Part shown: positions 40,677-51,534 of the stretch, piece by piece
How positions within the stretch are numbered: position 1 is the first letter of the stretch
How the letters are laid out: each line of letters starts with the position of its first letter
Assembly (NCBI RefSeq): GCF_009914755.1
Contig: NC_060926.1
Strand: one strand, 5' to 3'
Source of the DNA: the human T2T-CHM13v2.0 reference genome, Homo sapiens
DNA: 64,000 bases
Translations under genes and position numbers: made by a program
Notes under the pieces: generated by a model
The model's input: only the letters and a program-made list of their open reading frames with translations
Database searches by the model: none
Told to the model about the DNA's origin: nothing

Positions 40677-43314
40677 TCACCACCTGCACAACATGCTGTT
40701 TCTCACTTCCATATGATGCTGGGCCTTCAGCTTGGTCTCCTCTCCCTGGAGCAGTCTTTACCAATCTCTTCTCTCTACCAGCCCTCAGGGGAGTTAGGAA
40801 TCCGTTGTCATTTCTGCCTTGTCAGCCTACATATCTCTCTGTCCTTCTCCAACCCACAACACTGGAATTGTCTGTTTACCACTGAAGTGTGCCGGTATGG
40901 ATAGTTGAGCCTGTGACCTATTCATTTTTGTGTCTAGCCTAGGATCTGGTGGAGAGTTGGTGATCAATAAATAATGCTAATTGGATGAGTATATGGACTG
41001 CTTTCTTCTTTCTTGCTTTTTTAAAAGGTAACAGGACATGTCAAATCTCAAGCCCTCTCCACCAGTCTATGCATCCCACCCCCAGTCTCTCCCTCCATGT
41101 CCCATTTCCCATGCACTTGCCAGAATTCGAGTTTCAGGTACACAGATCTTGGTTTCCCACATGAAGGCTATTACTGGTGGTTCAGAGCAGACCTTTCTGC
41201 TCTGTAACATGTTTCCACATGAATGCTAGTAGCACTGCATAGAAGCAAATTATTATTGCTTATATGCATGGATGAAAACAGATCATCTTATAACTCTAGG
41301 AAAGAATGATCCAGGTTTCCAAAACAATTAGTTTGTTTTTCAATAACACATTCACAGTGGAAGTGTTTACAACTGCTCTACTTTTCTAACCAAAACCAAT
41401 TCCATTGTGTGACCCAGTTCCAACAGAAGGGTAGGGGGATGGGGGCTGCACTGCCAGTGGAGCAAACACCAGGGGGAGCGAAAGGGCAGCCAGTAAGCAA
41501 ACCTGAGACTGACTGGGTCTCCCTTTGACGTCAGCATGGAGAGGGCTCCTCCTGGCAGAACATAGGTAGGGCTGATAAGCAGTGATCATCTGAGACACTT
41601 CCTAGCTCTGCCTTCAATTTTTCATAAGATCGTGATCTTTGGTAAGTCTTTTGATCTTCATTTAGCCAATTCACAAGTAGATGCTTAGCGGCCAACAAGA
41701 ATTTCGCTACACCATGCCCCCAATATTCTAAGCTGCCTGAAGGAATTTGCTGCCAGAGTTTGTTTGTATTCTGCAAGCCATTCATAACTATGTGGGTTTG
41801 CTTGCATATATTCAGGTGAACAGGAAGGAGCGAGGTCGGCACCTGGCATGTACACTGCTGATGCTGAGATACCAACTTATACAAATGAAACTTTTTGTTT
41901 ATACAAATTGAGCCATGCTATGGTTACATGTTCTTAAAATAGTAGATACAAAATCTGATCCAAACAACCCTAGACAAAACAATAAAGAGAATTTTAAAGA
42001 AATTTCCAGGCATGTTCTTCAGTTGTGATTCTACAGTTCTAATCATAAAGGCTCATGCAAGTGCATGCCAAATAAATTAGATTTGGATACTAGAAATTAA
42101 CAAAGATATAACTGGCATTTCAAGTTTCCCAGAAACATGGACTTCTCAGCGTCTTTCACGTTCTCTTCCAAATTGTAAACAGAGTTTACAAGATTCTGGT
42201 CAGGGATATTTATGCAGAAAAAAAGAACGAGGGACTGCTCACTGACATGCAAGAGCAATCCAGATCTTCACCTCTGATGCAGAGGTGTTTAAAACAAAAC
42301 CAAACCGGAAGCAAGTTACTGCCTGCTTCAAGCATAATACTTAAATTCCTTCTCCACATTATTAATATTGGCTCTCAGAAATGAGAAAGAACTGTGGTGT
42401 TATTTCACCCCGGGGACCTCTAAACCACTGCTTCTTCTTAATAAATTGCAGGCTGCTCTGCTCTGGCTTTGGCTACAAGCTTATATGACACATGGACTGT
42501 GTTATTATGAGCCTGCTGTAATGTCAGCACAGGGACACAGGTACCCCAGACCTTGATTCCAGACTCACTGTCTTGTTTTTTTTAACTTTAAAAATATTTC
42601 TCATTCAGCCTCATGCCCAAGGACTTCTGCTGAGCTGAGATCTGGGCTTCTGAGCCTGCCTACAGTGGCTTCACCCTATTCCGAGAGAACTCTGGAACAT
42701 AGGCCACTCTTCAAGGACACAGAACAACTAATGGATCCGCTTAAAATGAAGACAACAAAGATTACTTATTTGCAAAGAGGGAGCAACACTCCCGGAATGT
42801 CACTTCCAGACCAGTTATGCCCTAACAACGCCTACTGTGAGAGTGTACAGGACATGATTGTTTTATATCTGGACTTGAGGCTGACGCTGTATTTGACTCA
42901 CATTTGTTTTACTGCTCCTCGTACAGAATCAAGCACATATTAGGGGCTAAACACATATTTGTCAAATGAATGAGCCTAAAGGGCCAAGCTGCTTGCTGAC
43001 TGGTCTAGCAGTGGAATTAGCCTGGGAAGAAGGGGGGTTCCGGGAGCAAAGGGATCTGAAACTGCTGAGGGAGAGCCCAGCTATGGCAACACAAGAGCCT
43101 GGGTATCTCTGGCAAGACAGGGTGAGAGTCTGGGGCAGGTGGGGAAATGAATGTGATCCAGCGAGGAAGGGGAATTCTGAGGAGAGCCAATGCAGGCCCA
43201 TCTGGTGCAGAACCTACACCACTCTGCAGGAGGGAAACGTATTTGAACCCTGCCATGGCCCCATCAATCAAAAAAGATTAGAATTGGTATTTTACTTGAA
43301 AACTAGGAAGAAAT

Positions 43315-43715
43315 AGTGATGGCTAATGTTGTGTGCCATCTTGGCTAGGCCACAGTGCCCAGCTGGTTGGTCAAACACTAGTCCAGATGTTGCTGGGAAG
43401 GTGTTTTTAAGATGTGATTAACAGTTAAATCACTAGACTTTGAGAAAAGCAGACGACTCTCAAAATGCAGGTGCGCTTCCTCAAGCCAGGTGAATGCTTT
43501 AAGAACAAAGACTGAAGTTTCCTAAACAAGAAACAATTCTGCCTCAAGACAGCAACACAGAAACTCTGCCTGAGTTTCCCATCTGCTGGGCTGCACTACC
43601 TATTTCAGACTTGCCAGCCTTCACGATCATGAGAGTCAAGTCCTTAAAATAAATCTGTCTCTGTATAGACACATATCCTCCTGGTGTGAGTCTCTGGAGA
43701 ACCCTGACTGACACA
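43315..43715 (+). mobile_element. MLT2 (ERVL) solo LTR, MLT2C/D-like
   Basis: GTGATGGCTAAT...GGTCAAACACTAGTCCAGATGTTGCTG...AAAATAAATCT...CTGGAGAACCCTGACTGACACA. Confidence 0.8.
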
Positions 43716-44354
43716 GGAGCTGGGAAACATGTGCTCCAGGGCTCTTGACAGGGATGTGAAGGCAGAGCCTGGCAGGGAGGGAGGAAGCCCAGGTGTTGCA
43801 TGTTATTTACCATCTTGGAGAAGGTCCCTGGTAGGTGCACTGGCAGTGCCCCAAAGGTTGGATTTGCGCCAACAGTTGGGAGGCCGGAACTTATTCTCCC
43901 ATGGGAAAGATGTTCCCAACAGCAGCTGGGCTCTTCTCAGAGCTCACAGTAACCAATATTATCTTCATGCACCCTGCTCTTTGGAGCTGACGCCCTGATT
44001 GGGCAGCTTCTGCTTTCTTGCCTCCTCCTCTTGTTCCCTTCCCATATTCCCACTGCAGGATGGGTTCACCGGGCTTTCAGGGGCCACAGCCTGGGGGCAT
44101 ATCCATGCAGACTGCGGTTTCTATGGGATACGAAGTCTGAACAGTGAGAAGGACGCCGGGGGCAAAGGGCGGCGCTTTCCTTCCACTGCCTACTGGCATC
44201 AGCTATGGGGAGGACCCTTCCTGCTCCCTAGCATTCCCCAAATCCCTGCTCTAAGAGTCTCCCGAAGAGTACTTCTGCTGTGACCCCAGGCAGACTCATT
44301 CTGTGCCAGCAATGGGAAAGCACCTGAAGAATCTCCAGCTAATATTAGGAACAC

Positions 44355-45240
44355 CTGGTGCGGAGACCCCAGCTTGCCCCGTCAGAGATCCAGAGGCGCG
44401 CTCAGAAAGAACCGGCCCCCAGGGACACACTGGCTCAAGACAGGGCGACCTGGTCCCCCCGCTGAGACCTACCTATTTCCTCGCCCAAGGAAGAGTTGAG
44501 GATTGCGCCTGCAGACATGACGACAGCGCAGCTGCGCAGGCCGCGGGGGTGCAGCTGGCTCAGGGGCACGGCGGGCACCAGGCGCCGCCAGCCCAGCGCA
44601 GAAAAGGGCGCCTCGGTGCCGTCCAGCGTCCGCACGCGCGCGCGGCTCCGCAGCTGGCACAGCAGCTGTGCCCTGCTCAGCCCGGCCTCCCGCTTCCCGC
44701 GGAAGCGCACCCCGTGCTTGTTGGCGGTCAGGTAATCCTTCATCGCCTTCTGCAGGCGCGGGTTCAGCATTTTGGAAGAGACGTTCCCCTTCCAGAGCCG
44801 GTACAGGAAGGCCCTGGACATGGAGGAGTACAGCCTGTCGCCGTCGTCGCCCTCCTCCAACACGTGGCTCCTTCTCTGCCTCCGGTGCCTCTTCTTCACC
44901 CGCCTCCTCTGGACCTGTGCAGCCGGAAAAGCCCCCTCCCGTGGGCCTGGCTCCCCGGGGGAAGGGAATCCCAATGTCCCCTGAGTGTGGCTGTGCCACC
45001 CTGGCTGACCAGCAGCAAAAAAGTAGTCGTCATCCTCCGGGTAGAAAGCACTTTGAGATTTTCTCCCCACCTGGGATGAAAAAAACTCTTTATGTTCAAA
45101 CCCATCTTGGGACTGGGCCCATTTCTGCAGGTCTCCAGGCCCCGCATGAAAGGAACCGGCTGGGTGGGCGCGGGGCAGCGCCTGGCGTGCGTCCAGGCCC
45201 CCAGGCGGGGAGGGCTCATGTGCGGCGCCCATGATGGCCC
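44355..45240. promoter_or_regulatory. Intragenic CpG island over the first coding exon
   Basis: Visibly GC- and CpG-rich (e.g. CCGCACGCGCGCGCGGCTCCG) against an AT-rich, CpG-poor background; boundaries estimated by eye. Confidence 0.75.
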
Positions 45241-45415
45241 GCTGCTTCCCCTGCACCGGCAGGAGCCTCCTGGTCTCCAGGAAGGAGAGGGAGCTGGGTA
45301 CAGGCTCAGCGGGGTTGCTGTCGGTGAAGTAGATGAAAATCAGCAAAAAGAGGAGCCCCCAAGCGAATATTCCGAAAAGCATTCGTTGTCTCCATTGCTT
45401 CAAGTGTGGTTTCAT
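44473..45415 (-). CDS. ST6GAL2: ST6GAL2 first coding exon (CDS nt 1-943): cytoplasmic tail, TM anchor, long stem, start of sialylmotif L
   Basis: ORF 44435..45415 begins [30 protein letters not shown] (type II anchor) and reaches [21 protein letters not shown] (sialylmotif L). Donor ATAG|GTAGGT at 44473/44472; start context CTGCCATGA. Confidence 0.97.
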
Positions 45416-45472
45416 GGCAGGTCTCTGCGGTCAGCACCTTGTGTCTTAATGCAGATGGGTGGCAGAATGAAC
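45416..45472 (-). other. ST6GAL2: 5' UTR part (57 nt) of the first coding exon
   Basis: Acceptor TTTTTCAG|GTTCATT at 45473/45472; no ATG between it and the start codon. Whole exon is 1000 nt. Confidence 0.8.
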
Positions 45473-47159
45473 CTGAAAAACAGCCAGATGGCAGTTAGCC
45501 AACATGGGGCATCTGCTCAGATGCTGCTGGGGACATTCTATCTTGAGCAGTGTTTCTGTAGGTGGTGGGGTGGGGTTGTAGAAGGGGCACTAGAAACCAG
45601 AATCATCCAGGAGTTTTAGCTAAATCCAGGTGTCATATCTGTCCCCCTCCCCGCCCCCCACCTCCCACCAACCTCTGCAAAACAAGGGATCTCACCATCT
45701 CAGGTGAGTCTTTGGAGAGAGGCGATGGATGGGTGTATATTTGCAAAATCCTCCCCATGTGACTCAGGGACACGTCTGCCTTCCCACTTTGATAGACAGT
45801 AGTGCCCCTGCCCACAAGTTCCCCCTACTTCTGAGATGATAAAATTCCAATTTGATAAAGCAAAGCCAGAGAGGTAAGCATGGTTTGCCCCTTTTGTCTG
45901 CCTATCAGACCACCGAAAGCTCAGAGCTCATAGATTTTACAGCAGCGCTGCTGTGCACTTCTAAGGAGTGACAACCCTATCTGATTCTTCCTGTTCTCCC
46001 CATTCTGGAAGGCTGCCTAGAACATACCAGAAGTCCACCGATGGCACTGAATAAAGCAATGCTTCAGTGACTGTGTCTGTGGGTGAATGTTATTTCAGGG
46101 TGCCTGTTGTCTTCAACAATGTCCCCAAGACTACCCTCCTACTTCACCCTTACCGTGAACTTTTGGTGAGATAAGAGGGAAGTACATTAAAACTTGAAAT
46201 AGGAGGAGAGATGGGGAGAGAGCTTGCTGATTCTAGATGAGACTCAGAGAAAGGGTAACAAAAGGGGCAGAGATGAAAAGTAAGATACAATGAAAGAGAA
46301 TGAACCTCTCCTCTGTACAGCATTGCAACTAATATGTATTGCTGTGTGGGAAGCACACAGCACTTAGTACCAAAGGAAACACAAAAACATTAATAAGAAA
46401 TGCTGCTAACTTCAGGAACTTAAGCAAAGTCCTGGAAAGGGAAAATAACCTAAGGTATGTTTGTGGAATAATAACTAAGCTTGCTGGAACTTCAAGCTGA
46501 GCACTAAACCAAGCACAGGCAGATATTCAATAAATATTGGCTGGGTAAATGATCTGAGCTTGTGTTTGTGTGTGCGTTTTGCAGAGGGCCTTGTGTGTCT
46601 GTGGCTATGATGGGTGTTTTGGTGGGGGTGCTGGAAGAAGAAGCAAGACCATTTGGGGAAAACATAATTGGAAAGCTATCCTCTTCCAGCTGTGGAGGGT
46701 CTGGAGTGCCTACCTGGATGTCTGGGGCACATGCTGTATAAAAAATAGGGAGAGAGTGAAGTTCTGAGAGCAAAGGAGTTATGCATTGGTTCCATGGGCT
46801 TTCAGGAGATTCCTTGGTGGCAAGTAAGGTAGAGAAGAGTGCAGGGAGGCAACACAGACTGCAAGGAAGTCGTTAGTAGAAATCAGATACTCAGAAAGTA
46901 GGGTGATTCTGAGGGGAGGGTCTGCCAGGGGAAATGTGTGACCCCCACGATCCTTCCCCAGTACAGGCTGACCAATGCCAAAACACAAAGGCATGTAGGG
47001 CATGGCTGTAATACAATGGTTGTGTTTTCACTAAAAAAGATAGGAACTGAAATCAAAATGAATGTTCCTACCTCAATGTGGTCACCTTGGGAAGTCATAC
47101 AATGTCGCTGGTGGGAAAGGACGTGCTAAACTAAGAAAACTACATTCCTTTTGTGGCTC

Positions 47160-47869
47160 TATGGCAGGTTAAAGGTGGACACAGATTCTCTGACCCTCCA
47201 CCCAGAGAGAGGCAGATTCTGTGTCTCCCCCTATTAAATAAGGACAGGCTCAATGACTGCTTGGACTAGTAGAATATGGCTGTGGTGATACTATGCCAGT
47301 TACCAGGCCCAGGTCTAGCATTTTCCACTTTCTGCCTCTCAGGACATTCACTCTGGGGGAAGCCAGACACCAGTGAAGACATATCCCTAAGCTTAGCCCA
47401 GCATGCATCGAGGAAGCCCAAGCTAGGAAAGTCCACGTGGAATGAGAGATACCCAGCCAGCCCCAAGCTGTTCCAGCCGTCCCAGCCATCCCAGCCCAGG
47501 CACCAAATGTGAAGCGCGAAGAAGTCATTCTGGATGTCCCGTCTGTTGCACTTCCCGATGACTCCATCTCCAGCCAACATCTGACTGCAACCCCATGGAA
47601 GACCGGATAGGAGAGCCGGTCTAGCCCAGTCAGTCAACGGTGAGTGATAATGATAGATTGTTGTTCTAAACCACGAAGTTATTTTTTATTTGTTTTGTTT
47701 GAGATGTGTATAGATGTGTATAAATACATTTATATACCTATATATGTATTTGTTTTAAATTTTAGATTCAGGGGTACATGTGCAGGTTTGTTACAGGGGC
47801 ATATTGCATGATGCTGAGTAAACTCCTACATTTTAAGGTGATTTGTTACATCAGAAGATCACTGGAACA
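47160..47869 (+). mobile_element. MLT1G-like MaLR LTR with a short minus-strand L1P 3' fragment at ~47682-47820
   Basis: GACTAGTAGAATATGGC...CCAGCCAGCCCC...GTTGTTCTAAACCAC; insert TTTTAGATTCAGGGGTACATGTGCAGGTTTGTTAC; LTR end GATTTGTTACA...GGAACA. Confidence 0.6.
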
Positions 47870-48309
47870 GGTTCTAATGGAAATGTTAAATAAGTTCCAG
47901 AAATCATCAGTAACATATACAACTATCTTATACCCATAATAATTAAAAAGAAAAATTAAGCCAAAAAGAAGAAGTCCTAAAAATGCTTCCAACAACTGCA
48001 ACATTTTCAGATAAGACTCTAGCATCTCAGAGGGATTCTACAAAATGCAACATTCGCTTACATGTATAAATTGTGGCTTTTAAACTGTGTTTACTTTATT
48101 TTGTATTCACATGAGAGCAAGGCTATAGATTTTATATACAGTAATACATCAAACCTACATAGACAGAATATACTTTAACCAAGCCGGAACCACGGATGCC
48201 AAGAAGCGAGCGTAGAAGAATTAATACCCGCAGTTAGCTTACTATATATACAGGTCTGTGGTTAGCACTTGTTCTGGATTATTTTATTTGGTCTTTCCAG
48301 CATTGAATT

Positions 48310-48450
48310 AGATAGGAAATACTGTCATATCAATTTTCTAGATGAGGGAACTGAGTCCCAGAGCAATTAAGTAACTTGCCCAGGACCACAGAGCGAGCAA
48401 GCAGCAGATATTACATGCAAATCCATCTGCTTCATCCTATGGCTCACACC
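48310..48450 (-). mobile_element. MIR
   Basis: AGATGAGGGAACTGAGTCCCAGAG...AAGTAACTTGCCCAGGACCACA. Confidence 0.7.
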
Positions 48451-48511
48451 TTTCACAGTAAGTTCTGATTCCATCTGGTCATACCAACCAAGGCTACATT
48501 TTCTAAATTTA

Positions 48512-48725
48512 CACTCCCCAAACTATCTGTGGTGAAGGGTAATTTTTCCCCCAAATTGTCACTGTGTGGTATTTTAATATTTCCATTTCTGAATGTCTTG
48601 GCATTGTACAATTGCTATAAAAGTTTCTAAATGCCTGCTCTCAAGTTCTGTAAACATCTTACCAGGAACTGGTAATGAACAGTTGTGGATGTGCATTAGT
48701 CTGGGCCCACACTTTGAGTAGCACC
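48512..48725. mobile_element. hAT-Charlie MITE (MER112-like)
   Basis: CAAACTATCTGTGGTGAAGG...TTGCTATAAAAGTTTCTAAA...CCACACTTTGAGTAGCA. Confidence 0.5.
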
Positions 48726-48869
48726 TTCCACATGATCTGTCTAACCTGTCCACCCAGGGACAGTGCTTTGAGCTGTAATGACCAACATAAAGGTCTAGAA
48801 GGTGTTTCTAATATTTCAAGAATTCTATTAAGAAATTGCAAAATTATCCTTAATAACAGTTATTCTGTT

Positions 48870-49760
48870 GCATCCCATTGGGTGCACTGCAGTATAATTC
48901 TGACACTTGCTACTGGGAGTTAGTGTAGACCCCATGTGTTAAGGGCTCAGGCCTCCAGGAGACTGCCCTCGTTTCACATGCCAGCTGTGTGGATTTGCAT
49001 GTAATTATCTGCTGCTTGCTAGCTCTGTGGTTCTGGGCAAGTTACTCACAAGTTACTCAAAGCCACTCACACTTTTAACTGTTCAACTACCAATCCCCAG
49101 ACTCTAGGACACCCTTCAGGTTCGATAATTTGCTAACATGACTAACAGAAGTCAGGAAAGTACTAGATTTATGGCTATAGTTTTATTGTAAAGGATGCAC
49201 ACAGGGTGAGATCTAGGGGGGATGCAGTTCCACCCTCTTTCCCTGTGGAATCTGAGTGTATCACCCTCCCAACACATCAGTGTGTTCATGAACCAGAAGC
49301 TCCAGTGAACCCCAGAATCTAGAGTTGTTATTAGGGTTCCCATTAGATAGGCATGATTGATTAAATCACTGGCCATGTGAGTGAACTTAATCTCCAGTGC
49401 CACTCTTCTCCCTGGATGTCGGGCAGCCCAAAGTTCAAAAAGTTCGAACCCTGTAATTTCTTTTTCTCTTTCTTTTTTTTTTTTTTTTTGAGACAGAGTC
49501 TCGCTCTGTTGCCCAGGCTGCAGTGTGCGGTGGCACGATCTTGTCTCATGGCAACCTCTGCCAACCGGGTTCAAGTGATTCTCCTGCCTCAGCCTCCTGA
49601 AACCCTGCAATTTCATCTGATTGATCTTTCTGGTGATCAGAGCCCAAGCTGAAGCTATCTGGGGACAAAGTGAGTTCCCTCATTAGCAGAATGAAAACAG
49701 TCCTATCGCTAAGGAAATTCCAAAAGTTTTAGAAGTTCCATGCTGGGAATACCAAGGCTG
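48870..49760 (-). mobile_element. MER21-family ERVL LTR, interrupted by an Alu fragment
   Basis: TCAGGTTCGATAATTTGCTA...GATTGATTAAATCACTGGCCA...GGAAATTCCAAAAGTTTTAGAAG. Confidence 0.65.
49461..49600 (-). mobile_element. 5'-truncated Alu (right arm)
   Basis: Poly-T, GAGACAGAGTCTCGCTCTGTTGCCCAGGCTG...CCTCAGCCTCC; TSD AACCCTG(T/C)AATTTC at 49447-49460 and 49601-49614. Confidence 0.88.
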
Positions 49761-50150
49761 CAGCAGCTGATTTAAAAGACAGTCTTTTTGTTTCTGACTG
49801 GTAGTCACCATTTCCTGGTTTCCCTGCACTGAGCAACAGCTCTGGTGGGCAACTAAAAAATGAGAAATGCAGGTTTCTGATTTCAGCATTTGCTCCAGAA
49901 AATGTTTTTTAAAAACAGAGGCAAAGATGAGATGTGTGCACAGTGGTGGGAAGTGAAACAACAAAAACAAAGCTTTGACCTGTTGGGAGGAGCTCAAAAT
50001 CTCTGGCCTAGAGGGCTTGGGGCTGAGAGCCAGTGCCCCCCAACACCAGATAATCTAATATGACCTTGGTTTGACGAGTCAAGAAGCCGCAGGAACTTGA
50101 GCTGAGAAAGTGAACTTGGGAAATTTCATGGCAGGATTCAAATTATCAGA

Positions 50151-50624
50151 TGTAAAATTAAATAATTCAAAATTAAAATAATTCAAACTTAAAGCTATTG
50201 GAACTCAAAATTATCTTGAGCCTTGGGAGGAATGTGGCTATGTAGCCTGCGTCAGACAGCTGCAACTTCTGCCTTTTTGTTCCTGCAAATAATTAGAAAG
50301 ACCAAGCAGCGCCAGAGATAAGACCCTCTCAGATCACTGCACCTCCTCATGGAATAATAAAGTATTCTTGCTTAAAATGGAACAATCTGTAACCAATCAA
50401 ACAGCTGTGGCATATATACCTGGTCTTGTATGGAAAATGCTGTGATTCTGCTGGAACTTCTCTGACTCTGCCTATATAATCGAAACTTTAACTTCTCCGT
50501 TTTGGAAACACTGACCCCATTCATCTGCAGTTGGTGCTTTCCCAGGTGGCCAGCCTCAAGCTTTGCGCTCAAATAAACTCTGTACTTAATCATATTTCCT
50601 GAACCTCATTATTTAAGGTTGACA
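50151..50624 (+). mobile_element. ERV1 solo LTR (LTR54-like)
   Basis: TG...CA ends, CCAAT, TATATAA and AATAAA in order, flanked by CAGA on both sides. Confidence 0.75.
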
Positions 50625-50628
50625 CAGA

Positions 50629-51534
50629 TGTAAACTGAAAATAAATTCCTAAGCGCCTCAACTGACCCAACAGACCCCCTCATGGCCAGATGGACCCCAG
50701 AGAAACATGAAAAACTGAATTTCCAGTCATGACTGGAAGGGAGGTCAGACAGGCCTCCATATATTCCCTCTCCCTTTGATATGTGGACACAACTGACCAG
50801 GATTAATATTAAAATAGACATCATAAGCTGACCAAACTCTTTGTGGCGATAAGATGCCAAATTCCAACCTGACTCTGGTATAGCATCACGTGACAGTTAG
50901 AAGACCCTGAAGGAAATCAAAATATTTTACCCCAAAATATATTTCTTTGACATATGTTGAAATGGCCATGCAAAGCTGTCTTTTGTGGGGGAAATTTGCA
51001 TTGGTAGAGCATCTCCATTAATGCAGCCTACCTTTCCCCTTCTAGGCCTTTCCTGGACCTAGGAGAGATTAAATGTGAGTGTAACACCTTTAAGTTCCCA
51101 AAAGAGACATGTACCATCTATCCTCTCTGAAGGACACTACCTATGAGGCGTCATCTCTATAACAAGAATCTTGGCTTCCACAACCCCTCTTAACTCAAGC
51201 ATTTATTTCTATTGACTTCAAGCCTTGAGACAAAGCTTAACTCTTTCAACCAACTGCCAATCAGAAAATCTTTGAATGTACCTATGACTTATAAACCCGC
51301 ATTTCAAAATATCCCACCACTTTAGGCTAAACCAATGCACACCTTTCATGTATTGATTAATGATTTTATCTACAATGCCTGTCTCCCTAAAGTGTGTAAA
51401 ACCAACCTGTGACCCAGTTGCCTCGGGCACACGTTCTCAGGACTTCCTAAGACCATAAGCCTGGGCCATGGTCACTCACATTGGCTCAGGTTTAAATATT
51501 TTACAGGGCTTTTGTGTTTTTCTCTGCATCAACA
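50629..51534 (+). mobile_element. ERV1 solo LTR (MER4D-like)
   Basis: TGTAAACTGAAAATAAATTCCTAAG...AAAATATTTTACCCCAAAATATATTTCTTTGACATA...ATCAACA, flanked by CAGA. Confidence 0.8.

Noticed and set aside
44435-44472. C-terminal [12 protein letters not shown] of the 326-aa ORF
   Set aside because: Read-through past a good GTAGGT donor; intron sequence, not part of the spliced protein.
44469-44999. 176-aa alternative-frame ORF inside the ST6GAL2 exon
   Set aside because: Starts at GTG rather than ATG, far downstream of the main AUG; explained by GC content.
44303-45619. Long plus-strand ORFs (258, 188 and 175 aa) antisense to the first coding exon
   Set aside because: Expected stop-poor shadows of a GC-rich coding exon; low-complexity products with no recognisable domain.
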